Assembly: GCF_009914755.1 (NCBI RefSeq)
Contig: NC_060926.1
Length of the DNA: 64,000 nt
Strand: one strand, 5' to 3'
Source: the human T2T-CHM13v2.0 reference genome, Homo sapiens
Numbering within the stretch: position 1 is the stretch's first letter; every line of letters starts with the position of its first letter. Below the pieces are notes generated by a model. That model was not told where the DNA came from. It ran no database searches and worked only from the letters and a program-made list of their open reading frames with translations. Of the stretch, positions 33,615 through 52,048 are shown piece after piece. The translations under genes and the position numbers were made by a program.

Positions 33615-33873
33615 TAAAACTGACTTTTAACTTTAAAATCATCTCTGCAAACTTGCACACCAGAAATTGCTTCTTAAATAGCCTGATAAAAACAATAAAT
33701 CGTTTTTTTTATTATCTGAGAAATTTATTCTCTTTGAGCCTTAGGCATGGATGCTCACACATCGAGGAGAGAGAAAAGCAACCCTCTCCTCAACAACCAA
33801 AACATGAGTATCAACAAGATGCTGACGGAGGTTGCAGCCTGACCCACTCCTATCTCAGAAGTCATTTTTGCCA

Positions 33874-34270
<397 letters not shown>

Positions 34271-34351
34271 TTAAATGGACCACTTTGGTTACCTCACTCT
34301 AGTGATATTATAGGGTAAAAGAGAACCAAATGAATACGTATTTTCTTAAGT

Positions 34352-34503
34352 CCTGCGCTTCTCCAAATTTAATGTGCACATGAATCACCTGGAGCTCTGG
34401 TTAAAATGCAGACTCTGATTCAGCAGGTCTGTAGTGGACCTCAGATTCAACATTTCTAAAAGCTCCCAGGTGATCTCTATGAACCATAGTTGGAGTAGCA
34501 AGG
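34352..34503. mobile_element. MER5A-like
   Basis: gaatcacctggagctctggttaaaatgcagactctgattcagcaggtctg. Confidence 0.75.
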
Positions 34504-34854
34504 CCTGAATCCCTTGGTACTTTAACCTGCAGTGTCCTGTTTAGGATCTCGACTCTGGAGATGATAAGGTGCACATGGTCTCTACAGGTTTAAAGCTGTG
34601 AGTCGTCAGCAACACCACTAGGTCAGATTGCCTTTTCTACTCTTTGAGACTATCATGGGAGTTCCTTTAAAAATAAGGAGAGTATAAAGGTTTTAGTTGT
34701 ATTATTGTGACAGCTTTATATATGGCTTAGATTTTTTTCTTTGCAAGCATTTTAATTATAGATAAATAAAAAGGCAGATACACAAAGGCTTACCATAAGA
34801 AAATGAGAAGTAATTTCCATCTTGGAGGAGGGAAGTTAGTCTGAAAAATTATCT

Positions 34855-35145
34855 TTTTTTGAGACAGACTCTTGCTCTGTCGCCCAGGCTGGAGTACAGT
34901 GGCCCGATCTTAGCTCATTGTAACCTCTGCCTCTCGAGTTCAAGTGATTCTCCCACCTCAGCCTGCTGAGTAGTAGCTGGGATTACAGGCATGCATTGCC
35001 ATGCCCGGCTAATTTTTGTATTTTTAGTAGAGACAGGGTTTCACCATGTTGGCCAGGCTGGTCTTGAACTCCTCACCTCAGGCAATCTGCCCACCTCAAC
35101 CTCCCAAAGTCCTGGGATTACAGGCTTGAGCCACCACACCTAGCC
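34855..35145 (-). mobile_element. Alu (S-type)
   Basis: TSD ctgaaaaatta. Confidence 0.92.
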
Positions 35146-35324
35146 TGAAAAATTACCTATTTTTAATAGAGGCCACATATTATCAATCAGAAGTTTTCAG
35201 TGTTTTAAAGCTTAGGGTATAGAACGTGTTGTTCCAAGCACAGAAATGATGGCAGTTGCGTTGGTCTACAATAATGTTTGGCTCCACTGGAAATAGTCAC
35301 AATCAGTTAGGCAGTTTGGGTTGA

Positions 35325-35482
35325 CTGACTGATTGACTCATCCAACCATCCACCCATCCCTCCATCCAGTTATTCAATAAATATTTATTGATCACCCTGT
35401 ATATAAAAATATCCAATTTAGGTATTAAAGAGATACAAAGATAAAGCAGCCACAGACATTGCATTCAAGCTTATAACCAAGT
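35325..35482 (-). mobile_element. L2 3' end
   Basis: ttattcaataaatatttattga...agatacaaagataaa. Confidence 0.65.
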
Positions 35483-35980
35483 ACCCAGGAAAGTGTCTGG
35501 TTATATAGGGATAAAGTATAAACACTTGTGGTAAGTGGTATTTTTAGAAATCATTTTAACTACCCATAAAACTCCTGCAGCAACTTTGATATCTCCTATA
35601 GCATGGTGGAAAGCAACAGAGATAAGGATTCCATTTGGCATCATCTTTATTAAGCATCAGAAAGCACAATTTGCATCATGAAAAATAGGTTTATGTATTT
35701 TGTGAAAAATATCCCTCTACATTAATAGAAAATAAAAGCTTTTGATTTAACCTAATAAAAACTTCACTGACTTTCCTAAAACTAAAGAAAGCTTCCCCTC
35801 CGTATTGAAATGTATTCTCATGATCTTGTACTTTCTTTTTCAGCAATCCTAGACTGCTATGATAGACATTCTGCTGGCATCAAAACTGACCATATGGTAC
35901 TCTGTATCATTGCCTCAGCACTGTCTCTGTCTAGGCACCAACTCAAAAGGGCTAGATATATTTTTTTAAAAGCTATCATT

Positions 35981-36248
35981 GGCTGAGTGCAGTGGTTCAC
36001 ACCTGTAATCCTGGCACTTTGGGCAGCCAAGGCAGGAGTTTGAGGCCAGCCTGGGCAAGATAGTGAGACCCCCATCTCTACAAAAACAAAAATTGGCTGA
36101 GTGTAGTGGCATGTGCCTGTAGTCCCAGCTACTCAGGGAGGCTGAAGTGGGAGAATCACTTGAGCCCAGGAGTTTGAGGCTCAAGGGTACTATGATAACA
36201 CCACTGCACTCCAGCCTGGGCAGTAGAGCGAGACTGTCCCAAAAATAT
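35981..36248 (+). mobile_element. Alu (J-type)
   Basis: Forward dimer with small deletion. Confidence 0.88.
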
Positions 36249-36249
36249 A

Positions 36250-36890
36250 ATGATATATAGCAAAGGTACCAGGAGCCAACTTGAAGAAGCTCATGTTGGC
36301 CTAAGATGGGAAAATCTGAGCATGGGAGAGACCAATGACAGCAAAGAATTGAAAACACCACAATACAAAATTTGTGTTTATAATGGTGCTCCAGCCACCT
36401 CTCCCCAAAACTTGTCATTGTTGCTAAGATATCATCTCATCACCCTGAGTGTTGATAAATAAAAGTAACCAGAGTCCATGAGGATGAGTTCTTTTCCATA
36501 CAATTCCAATTATTAAATGCAGAAGGAATAACAGAATTAGAAAATTACTGTCACGAAATACTAGATACAGGCAATAATCATCACTGGATGCTAAAACCAT
36601 CAGGGAAACAACGTTGACAGGGAAAATGATAATGGAGGGGACCAAACGAATACCTCCTGAGCCCACTCATCAATTTTAACATTATCGAAAGTGGGACAAG
36701 TGGATGCTATACACCTCATAATGGGGATGCGATATGAAGTGTACAGCACCACATAGCAGGCATTGTTAACTAAAAAAAGCTGAACCTGAATATGATCAAG
36801 CCTCTAGATATAAACTCCAATTTACAGGAAATACAAGTGAAAGAACACGTTAAATTACATACAAGAAAAAGTCAGCCAAAATTATTTCTC
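36250..36890 (+). mobile_element. Old L1M (L1MC/ME-like) 3'UTR fragment
   Basis: aaggtaccaggagccaacttgaag...ctgaatatgatcaagcctctaga landmarks. Confidence 0.6.
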
Positions 36891-36895
36891 TAACA

Positions 36896-37072
36896 TAGTG
36901 GTTCTTGAACCAACAGCTTCAGTAGCATCTGGGAAAATATGAGAAATGCACATTCTTGGGGCCCTACCCAAGACTGACTGAATCAGAAACTCTGGGGGTG
37001 GGGCCCAGGAAGCTGTGTTTTAACAAGCCCTCCTTGTGATTTTGATGCATGCTCAAGCTTGAGAACTACGGC
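36896..37072. mobile_element. MER5A
   Basis: actgaatcagaaactctgggggtggggcccag...tgttttaacaagccctcc. Confidence 0.85.
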
Positions 37073-37077
37073 TATAA

Positions 37078-37814
<737 letters not shown>

Positions 37815-38004
37815 CCTGAAAAATTATTCTCGCCCAATTTAAAAATAGTTTCAGGGGTCACTGGCACTATGGCAAAAGGAATCATTATATTTATTCAAAT
37901 TTTTAATTCATAAGGAATTAGCAATTTGATTCTTACAGAAATTGGAAAGAGCCATGAATAATGCATCACTTTTTTCTCATATTTTGAACTTTCTTTTGTT
38001 ATTC

Positions 38005-38120
38005 CCTTTTCTTCTTTTTTGCAGAGACAGGGTCTTGCTATGTTGCCCAGGCCTGTCTCAAACTCTGGGGCTCATGTGATCCTCCCACTTCAGCCTCCCA
38101 AGGTGCTGGGATTACTGGCT
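38005..38120 (-). mobile_element. Alu monomer (FLAM-like)
   Basis: Reverse left arm. Confidence 0.8.
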
Positions 38121-38254
38121 GAACTTCCTTTTGTTTTGCTTCTTTGGCTCTTACTTTCCCTTTGTCTTCAGCTCTCCAAACAAAACCCTGAGCTATTTAG
38201 AAGAAAAGAGTCATCATGAAGAAATGAATAAATACATTAGAAAATGTTACTTAC

Positions 38255-38327
38255 GTTATGTATATGACAGAAATTAAGAGCTTGAAGTGTTTGCCATAAT
38301 ACGCTTTTGATCACTCCATCAGCAACT
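38255..38327 (-). CDS. CDKL4: CDKL4 coding exon 3 (VADGVIKSVLWQTLQALNFCHIHN)
   Basis: ttttttccctcag acceptor, AAC|gtaagt donor, 73 nt. Confidence 0.97.
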
Positions 38328-38576
38328 CTGAGGGAAAAAATAAAAAAGGAAATGAAAACTCATAGGATAGAGTTCCAGAAGCAAGGGCTGGGAATAGAAG
38401 TGGAGTGGTGAGGGACTGTCCTCTTCAAGGAACACCATGCCGAAGGGTCCTAAAAATATATTTTAGTGAAAATTGGGCTTTACTATCTTTTTATTATGGT
38501 TATGTAATTTCCTTTTGTAATTTGAATTTTTTACATCCATAAAATGATGCATGCTTATGAAGATTCAAAAAATATA

Positions 38577-38641
38577 GAAAAGTAAAGGAATAAAAAAAAG
38601 AAAAGGAAAGGAATAAAAAAAAGAAAAGTAAAGGAATAAAA
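38577..38641. repeat. About 3 x 23-bp purine-rich tandem repeat
   Basis: gaaaag(t/g)aaaggaataaaaaaaa units. Confidence 0.85.
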
Positions 38642-38741
38642 TGTGTTGGGTCAAATCTTGCTACCCCAAAATAACTGCTATAACTTCTGGTGGCTCTCTT
38701 CAGGCATCTCTGCTCCTCTCTCTCCCTGTCTCTCTCTGTAC

Positions 38742-38759
38742 TTTTTTTGTTTTGTTTTG

Positions 38760-38790
<31 letters not shown>

Positions 38791-39077
38791 GAGACAGGGT
38801 CTGGCTCTGTCACCCAGGCTGGAGTGCAGTGGCATGATCTCAGCTCACTGTAACTTCCTCCTCCCAGGTTCAAGAAATTTGATTCTCCTGCCTCAGCTTC
38901 CCAAGTAGCTAGGATTACAGGCACGTGCCACGATACCCGGCTAATTTTTGTATTTTTAGTAGAGACGGGGTTTTGTCATGTTGGCCAGGCTGGTCTTGAA
39001 CTCTCGACCTCAGATGATCCACCTGCCTCGCCCTCCTAAAGTGCTTGGATTACAGGTGTGAGACACTATGCCCGGCC
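38742..39077 (-). mobile_element. Alu (S-type) with (TTTTG)n tail
   Basis: Reverse dimer. Confidence 0.92.
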
Positions 39078-39079
39078 AG

Positions 39080-40330
39080 TATTTACTTTTTAACTTTAAT
39101 TTTAAAATAAAAACATTCGTATGGTTCAAATTTTAAACATATAAAAGTATATACATGAAGTCTCTCTGACACCTGCCTAGCCACCCATTTATTTTCTTCA
39201 ATTTCACCCCTGACCACTTTGAGAATTTTATGCATAGAGGTACAAATACCAACATGTACACATATATTTTAGAGGCTCCAGAGGAGATCATTATATGGAT
39301 ATATCATAATTTACTTAGTCTCTATTGATGAGCAGTTAAGTTCAGCCAATTTTTGTTTCTAGAAAGTCTTCAATGAATATCTGTAATCATCCATCTTATG
39401 ATATTTACACAATTACCTTCTTAAGGTAAGTTCTAGAAGTGGGATTTCTGAGACCAATGGTAGGCACCCATTACATTTCGATCCTGCATGGATGAAATTC
39501 AGGTAGACCGGAGACTTGGTTTTGCAGGAAAAAAGGTATACTTGGAAGATGGCTCTTCAATTTATCTAATTCATGGTGGTAGACACTCAAGTTATTTTGT
39601 AATAGTTACTTGTCCCTGTAAGCAGATAGCCCAAAAGGAGGCCAGGGAGAATAAGGATCCCATAAGAATGAGAGGGTGTAAGCTTCTTGTCCCTGGCAGA
39701 CTCATCCCTCTGTATAGAAAATACTGGGAAGTATCATGGGCAGGTGTATTTTCCACTGGGGATTGGGGGTCTGGGAAACTTACTCTGGGAGTATTCTACT
39801 TTATGTAACATCTCCATGAATTATAGCAATTACATTCTCTGTAACTTTTCTGTTGGTAGCTTTCCATCACTCACATCACTGTCCCATGATGATGCCTTCA
39901 CATTTACACACTGCCAAACTACCCTTTCTGAGGAAGGTTATACCCATTTTCACTCCCACCAAACATCTGTGCATCAAAGTCCCTGTCTCCTCATTGTCTT
40001 GCCAACATTTGGTTTTGCCAATGTTATGTTTGCCAATCTGTGGTTAAAATAAAAAGATGTCTCACTGTGGTTTTTATTTGCATTTTACTAATGTTTAGTG
40101 ATTATTATTTTTCACACCCTTATTGGATACTACATTTCTTCTTTTGTGTAATTCCATTTTATGCCTTTATTGCTTTTTAAATTGGTCTGTTCACTGTTTT
40201 ATTATTGATTTACAAAGACTCAATGTATATCATGGTCTGTTATATATGCTGCAAATATTTTGCTCAGTGTTGTTTGTCTTTCAGCCCTGTTGATGGAGAT
40301 GCGGCTGTTGTTTGTATATTTTTCAAAAAT
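39080..40330 (-). mobile_element. L1ME-like fragments
   Basis: Degenerate reverse L1M 3' and ORF2-end text. Confidence 0.55.
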
Positions 40331-40874
40331 CTGAAACATAAGAGTTTCTTTTACTAAATGTCAACTGTAAGGATTTTCTTAATTTAAAAAAATTATATTA
40401 TGTAATACCCCAAACATATCCATCACTCAGATTTAATATTTTATCATATTTGGATATTTAAATCATATATTTAGATCACTTTTTAAAAATTGAACATGTG
40501 CAGATGTAGCTGACTTTACAGAACAGTGGGAAGGCCTAGGCATGACTCAGTTATGACACTAGCTACAAGAGTCTGAAGTATATGCAGAGAAACAGCAAGT
40601 GATGTACACGGTATTTTCCTCAGAGCAGTTTCCTGATCTTGTACCACAATTATGGTGGCATGTCCTTGACATCAGTGGCCCAGTGGCAACCCTTGACCCC
40701 AGTTCTCCTAATTATTAATATTGCAAATGTACCTAATTTTCATGATTAAATCCCTTTCGACTTGAAGTGTCTATTTCCAGCACTGAATACTGATATAACT
40801 GTATTCTTCTCCCCACTTCACCTAGAGCCAAACCTGAAACAACATTGCGTACACTTTCAAAATATGAGGCAGGA

Positions 40875-41040
40875 AGAATAGTATAGCCATGTTGAGCACT
40901 GTGAGACAGGTTGCTTGAGTTCAAATCCCAGATATGCTGCTTCCTACTTTATAATCTTGAACACGTTATTTAAGCTCTCTGCACCTTCAATTTTCCTCAT
41001 GTGTAATACTAGAATAATATCTTATAAGTTATTTGAGTAA
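40875..41040 (+). mobile_element. MIR
   Basis: gagttcaaatcccag...ttatttaagctctctgcacct...tcctcatgtgtaa. Confidence 0.7.
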
Positions 41041-41079
41041 TCTATCCCCTCAATGTCTGGTTTTAACACCCACATGAGT

Positions 41080-41560
41080 TCTGGAGATACAGGTCTGAGA
41101 TTAGATAAGGCCAGTCGATGGGATTGAGACCCCTGTACAAAGAGGGAAGAGGTGCAGAATAGCAAGAGGCCCTGAGGAGAGAAAGAACTGGAGGTGTGGG
41201 GAAAGCAGTATGAGGCCAGGGTGGCTGAAACTTGAGTGAAGAAGCCAGGAAGGTTGGCAGAAATCAGTCCATGGAGGGCCTCAGAGATCTAGATCTCAAT
41301 AAGAAATTTGGATTTTATGCTAAATTCAAAACCATTGAAAGAAATCAAGCAAGGAAGTGACATAATATGGAGAATGGATTTCTGGGAAGGCAACATACAT
41401 ACAGAGAGAGAAATTAGGAGGCTAATTCAATAACCCAAGTGAGATTTGGACACTTAGATTATGGTGGCAGCAGTGAGAGGAAGGGAAATGGATTTCAGTC
41501 CTTGAGAGGGACTAGCGAGGGTGGAGTACATGCTCCTGCTGACATGGGAACAGAACGCTA
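41080..41560 (-). mobile_element. L2 fragment
   Basis: Purine-rich reverse L2 text (gaaatttggattttatgctaa...aagcaaggaagtgacat). Confidence 0.65.
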
Positions 41561-41829
41561 GTCTGGTTGGGATCTAAGAGCCTACAGGTGCAGGAGAGTA
41601 AGTACTGGAATTGGGAAACAAGGTAGGGGCTAGGATTGAGAAACTGCAAAACGCCAATTACTAGCCTTAATAACAGGGAATGGAGAATGAAGTAATTTCA
41701 TAGGAAAGTAATTTCATAGGATGTTAAAGATGACTTTAACATGAAAGAGGATGTTTAAAGGCATCTCACAGGAAGTGTCATATTCAGTTCAGTTAGCTTC
41801 CAAGAAGGCAGATTCCGTCAGGGGCAAAA

Positions 41830-41924
41830 CAACACCACTGATCGTGCAAAGAGAAGATAGCCATCAAAGAGAACCACAAACCAACACCACAGATCGTGCA
41901 AAGAGAAGATAACCATCAAAGAGA
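41830..41924. repeat. Tandem duplication, 43-bp copies at 52-bp period
   Basis: caacaccac(t/a)gatcgtgcaaagagaagata(g/a)ccatcaaagaga twice. Confidence 0.9.
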
Positions 41925-42087
41925 GTACACATCGACGCGGCGCCCAGTGCAGAAAGATAGAGCGCTGCAGCACCATTCAGCCACAGGCAGCATTTTTCAA
42001 AGCATCTTGGAGCAAAATGAACCTCTGGTGAAATCAAAAGATGCTCAGTGTTTAAATATTATATTTTGGGCCAGTGCAAAACCAAAT

Positions 42088-42143
42088 ATTCGGTTGGTAC
42101 AAAAGTAACCGAGGTTCTTGCCACTGAAAGTAATACTAAAAGT
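42088..42143. mobile_element. Partial MADE1 (mariner MITE)
   Basis: tattcggttggtacaaaagtaaccgaggttcttgccactgaaagtaat; second arm decayed or missing. Confidence 0.6.
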
Positions 42144-42549
42144 CGTAATGAAGGCCTTAAAGCAAACATGAGACATCACAGTTCAAGTCTGAATGGGCTA
42201 ACAAGATAGGGTAACATGATGGGGGAATTCAGACTGAACTGCTCAGAATATGCTCTTTGAACCACTCAGAGGAAGACCTGATGCTGAAATCAGAAGTCAT
42301 TACCTGGAAGTTTGTTATAAAAACGTAATAGGGGAAGCTTGATTTCATTATTATTACCCAAGATGAATTCAGTCCTTCTCAGTAAATCTTTACTATCCTA
42401 GAATAAAATCCAGCCTTGTTACTATGGCCTACAAGGCTGTTAATAACATTTTACTTCCATTTCCCTTCCCAACTTTATCTCCTATCACATCCCTAAAGTC
42501 ACTCCATCCCAGCCCATTATTTTCTGCTATTCTCTGAACATGCCAGGCT

Positions 42550-43806
<1,257 letters not shown>

Positions 43807-43809
43807 CCT

Positions 43810-43990
43810 CCTGGGCATTCTCTAACTCCACGCTGTGCTTTATTTTTCTTCAAAGACTCATAACTCTTCTTTATTGTTGGACTACATCAGAATGTAAATT
43901 GCACAAGGGCAAGGACTTTCTCTTGTCCGTTATTATAGCCCCAGCACCTAGAACAGGACCTGGTACCTAATAGGAGCTCAATTAAGCTTG
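43810..43990 (+). mobile_element. L2 3' end (continues an L2 piece at about 42380-42550)
   Basis: agaatgtaaattgcacaagggcaaggact...ccccagcacctagaacagg...taggagctcaa. Confidence 0.7.
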
Positions 43991-44029
43991 TTTCTCTGGC
44001 ACTCCCAGAAATTTTATAAACTAAAACCC

Positions 44030-46150
<2,121 letters not shown>

Positions 46151-47143
46151 CACATTGATGATCTTATGCCCACACACCAGTTATTTATCCTACGTGTTTC
46201 CTCTAGTAAACAATAGTCCAAAAGGCTTGGTATGTATACTAGCTGGTTGTTTATCTCTGTTTGCTATTCACTGGGCTTAGGCCTTTAAAAATACTCTCTG
46301 GCCTGTTATTTAAATAGATTTTAGGAAGGGAGTACAAGTAGATGAATGCTTTAAATTAATCATTGTTATCTAGAAGTACCCAACATTTCATAAAAGAGCA
46401 GCATATTCTAGATTGTTCCTATTTGCATTACTCCATGCATAATAGATTGAAGTCTCAGGGCTGACGCAACGCACTACTGAACACCAGCAGTGCTAAGCAC
46501 ATTTGTAAAACTTAAGAGTGCAAAGTGGGATAGTTCAGAGGTCCCTGGCATTGCAAAACACATATTCAACAGAGGAGTTGCTTGAACATGCCTTGCTCTT
46601 TCTTGTGTCTCTGCATTCCGCCAGGGGTGTCCATCTGGCCAACTCCTCTTCCTTTTCAAAGCCCAAATGCTGCCTTCTCTGCAGAATCTCCCTCACTTCC
46701 CGGGGTCAACAGATGTTGGAGTTGCTTCTCTTGTGCATCCCTTGCATCAACATTAACCCAATCAACATAACCATTTGTAGTTGTTACTTTGAATATCTGT
46801 CTCTCCATCACATTTTAAGCTTCTTGAGGGCAGGACTGTATCATTATAACTGTATCCTCTGCACCAGTGTAAAATGCTCCATGAAATATTTTTTGAGCGA
46901 AAGAATGCTAGGCATAAGGAAGCCATTAAGATCAATGAGACATGAAGTATGCCCTCAAAAAACTTATACTCTAGTGAGAGAGAGTATGCACATAAAAACA
47001 TATACGGTATAAATACCAAGTACCACAACAGGGATGAAAATAAAATTCAATGGGGATTCAAAGGAAGGAAGAAATTCCATCCAGATGAAGGAAACTTAGA
47101 GATGTTACAAATATCTAGGATTTCACATTTTAAAGATTATGAT

Positions 47144-47456
<313 letters not shown>

Positions 47457-48422
47457 TTATGATAGAGACAGTGAAGGTGAAAAAGGCTAGAACCTTCTAG
47501 ATTAAAATGAGAAGAACATGAGCTAAGTCTATAGACAGGAAAGCTTAGGATACAAGTAGGGAAGAGAAAGATGTTCAAGTCAAGCAAACTGGTGTATGCA
47601 TTGAATGTTTTATAATAGTTTCAGGGCCTTGAACAATACATGAAGTAAGCATAAATTTCTAACTTCATGAAAATGTATGTTAATTTATAAATTAATTTAT
47701 AGAATGGCTGAACATATCTGTCTTCTAAGTCAACATACAACATCCTATTTAGTGCAGGATAAAGTTTAACTATGAATTAATATGCCATTTTAATTGTTTT
47801 TATATTAATTTTTATTTTAAAAGTAATATATGTGCATTCACAGAAATTTGAGAAAATTTGAGAAAACTCAAATTTTCAATTATACTTAACATTCTAGTAT
47901 GTTATCTCATTTTTTCATATATCATCCCAGGAACATTTCCCCAGGACATTAACTATTGTTCTAAAGCATGCTCTCTAATGGGCTGGCTGCATATTGTACT
48001 ATTGTATGGATGGATATACCAAAATGCCTGTAACCAATTATTTACTGTTGGAAAATTAGGGGAGTCCAATATTTTTGTTATAAATAATGACGTATTGAAC
48101 ATTCATATGTATAACTTTTGCCCTCATCTGATTATTTTCTTACTATAAATTTCTCTAAATGGAATCTCTTGATCAAAGGATGAAAACAGTTAAAATTTTT
48201 TCATACATATTGCCAAATTGCCCTCCTAATGGCACTCTCTCTAGCCATCAATGAGGAGGTCTGATTCCCTGACTGTTGATAAGACTGGGTATAATAATTT
48301 TTGAAAAATCTTTGCCAAATTTAACAGATGAGAAATGGTACCTTGCTAAAAAGTTTTGAATTTCCTTGATTAATAGGGAAGGATAAGCATGTTTTCTTAG
48401 ATGTACTGGTCATTTCCTTCTC

Positions 48423-48738
<316 letters not shown>

Positions 48739-49224
48739 TCCTTCTCTTTTTTAATGATTTGCTTCCCATGTTCACTGGAAGGTAAGGTGAGGCTCCTTTT
48801 CTGTGTGTGCTCTGTTCAATGCTGTAGACTTAGCACTGGCTGGGTGCACAGTCTACATTTATGAAAGTTTTTTTTGAATAAATATATTTATTAATTGGAT
48901 GTTAACCTTTTAAAAAATGTTATTTGTAAAATCTGCATAGGTAGACATAAAATTTATTCATTCTGGCAAATAGTTTACCCAATATCTCATTTCTATTTTA
49001 GTTTTGTTTATGGTACTTTTTTGTCAAAGGGAGTCTCTTAAACTACTGTGATTTAATATTTGACAGTTAAAAGTCCCTTTTTTCTCGATTTAGTCTTTTT
49101 CAAATTTCAAAAAATACCCTATTGGTATTCTGATTAGAATTTTGTTTAATAAACAGATAAACTGTAGAGGCAATATTTTTATAATCATGAATATTTCCAT
49201 TTAGAAACATGTTCATTTAAATAA

Positions 49225-49630
<406 letters not shown>

Positions 49631-49989
49631 ATTCTCTGTTAGATTTTCTAAAGTGTTGTTTGATACAAATGCTGTTAATTTTTGCATGTGGAATCTGTCG
49701 TGTTATAGGGGTCGCTGTACTGAATTCCACTGGTTTTAATAACTCTTTAGGTGGTTCTCTTAGATTTTGTAGATCAGTAATATCTTGCAAATAATGACAA
49801 TTTTATTTCATTTCCAAAAGCTATGTTTTGTTTTTCTTATTACATTACATTGGCTAGAGTTCTCAGAACAACGTTGCATTATAGTGGTGACAGCTGACAT
49901 CCTTGTCTTGTTTCCTCACTTTAATGAAAGTTCTTTTAGTTTTACCATTGAGTATAACATTGGCAGTTGATTTGAAGAGGGGTGTGTGT

Positions 49990-50257
49990 GCCAACACTTT
50001 GGGAGGCCGAGGCAGGTGGATCATGAGGTCAGGAGTTCAAGACCAGCCTGGCCAAGATGGTGAAACCCCGTCTCTACTAAAAATACAAAAATTAGCCGGG
50101 CATGGTGGTGTGTGCCTGTAATCCCAGCTACTCGGGAGGCAGAGGCAGAGGCAGAGAACTGCTTGAACCCAGGAGGTGGAGGTTGCAGTGAGCTGAGATC
50201 GCGCCACTGCACTCCAGTCTGGGCAACAAAGTAAGACTCCATCTCAAAAAAAAAAAA
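49990..50257 (+). mobile_element. Alu (S-type, 5' truncated)
   Basis: Forward dimer. Confidence 0.9.
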
Positions 50258-50678
50258 CTATTCTTTTAATCCTAGATGCTAGGGATTAAAAAAAAATCAG
50301 GAAAGGATGTTGAATTTATCAACATTTCAAATTTTCAGATTTATCAATCGTACATTTTTTTATCTTATTAGTGAATTATATGAATAGGTTTCCTAGTATC
50401 AAACCATGGTTCATTCCTTGAACTCAGATAATCCAATACATAATTTAGCCTCAAATTCATTTTGATTTTATATCTGTGGTAGGTTTTTCTCCTAATTATA
50501 ACTCCTATAGGTAAATCATTGTTTGCCTTTTGAAGACATCCTGAGACTGGATGGGGTAGCTAGATGCATTGTGGTAGAAAGGGGAATTGTGGCTGGGATT
50601 TGAAATTTGCCATGGTTAATTCCACAGAAAATGAAACTGAGAACTGGCTGTACAGAATTTCAGTTTCCAGATTACTTA

Positions 50679-50825
<147 letters not shown>

Positions 50826-51257
50826 TTAAGTGATCTGTTACTAGTAAAAGCTTCTACCCAGACCCCTTAAAGAAACTTAAAGTTGGAAGAAATTTAAGAT
50901 TCATCCAATGTACCTATAATAAGTGGTAACAAAATTGCTTGAATCTCTCTGGTGATAGCAAGTAAAGTATGTAACTTAAAATACTGCAATAAAACAAAAA
51001 ACACTTTATGTATTTTATGGAAATTCTATATATACAAGTCATAAAATAACCTGAGTAGAAAATTGAGGAAATGAAATTATTAAGGACTATAAAAATAATC
51101 AATATCCACTCAGCTTACATATTGCCATGGATTTTATGGATTTAAATCCAGTCTGGATTCTAGTGTTGGCTCCCAGTAATACTTGTTCCTAACCATCAAA
51201 TCGGAATAAACTGTCTATTCTAGAAGTCCCCACAATTAGTCTGTGTTTTAAATTTAC

Positions 51258-51352
51258 TTATTTATATTTATATAAATTATATATATTATATATATATTAT
51301 ATATATTATATATATTATATATATTATATATATATAATATATATTATATATT
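51258..51352. repeat. AT-only simple repeat (tatatatat-type units)
   Basis: Direct reading. Confidence 0.9.
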
Positions 51353-51494
51353 TTCAGCATTGTTCTTTGATTCTGTTGTTCTCTCTTATGCATAGATATT
51401 TTGTGTGTTAAATTCTATTCCCAAACTGACGCATTTCACAAGACAGCCTCTGTTTAATATCGCAAACCCAAGGAAAAATGCTGATTAGGTAGGA

Positions 51495-52048
51495 CAGACC
51501 ATCACTACAGCGATTAGATAATTTTATCTTCCAAACTAGGGTAATGGGTAGAAGCCAGGACTATCGTAGGCAAACCAGCACATATGGTCACTCCGTCTGT
51601 AACTAGGGTGACCACATAATTCAGCATACACACCAGGACACTTTTTTTTTTTCCTTGCTCTGTCGCCCAGGCTGAAGTGCAGTGGCGCCATCTCGGCTCA
51701 CTACAACCTCCGCCTCCTGGTTCCAAGTGATGCTCATGCCTTAGCCTTTGCTGTAGCTGGGACTACAGGTGGGTGCTACCACGCCTGGCTAATTTTTGTA
51801 TTTTTAGTAGAGACGGGGTTTCACCATGTTGGACAGGCTGGTCTCACGTGGACAGGCTGGTCTCAAACTGCTGACCTCAAGCAATCCATCTGCCTCGGCT
51901 TCTCAATGTGCTCGGATTACAGGCGTGAGCCATTGGGCCTGGCCACACCAGGACACTTTTGAAAGGGGATGTGAACCAGGCAGGACACTGGGACAAAAAC
52001 TATAAAGCAGAACTCTCTTGGGCAAATCAGGATACATGATCACTCTTA
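51495..52048. mobile_element. Two adjacent MER94-like copies, the second split by an Alu
   Basis: ggcaaaccagcacatatggtcact then tagggtgaccacataatt...ccaggacactttt...gggcaaatcaggatacatgatcactct. Confidence 0.6.
51641..51944 (-). mobile_element. Alu in MER94-like element
   Basis: TSD acaccaggacacttt. Confidence 0.9.

Noticed and set aside
41830-41924. CRISPR-like repeat-spacer
   Set aside because: Only two copies, 9-bp spacer, eukaryotic intron
42088-42143. miR-548-like hairpin from MADE1
   Set aside because: Second inverted arm is degraded or missing, so no stem
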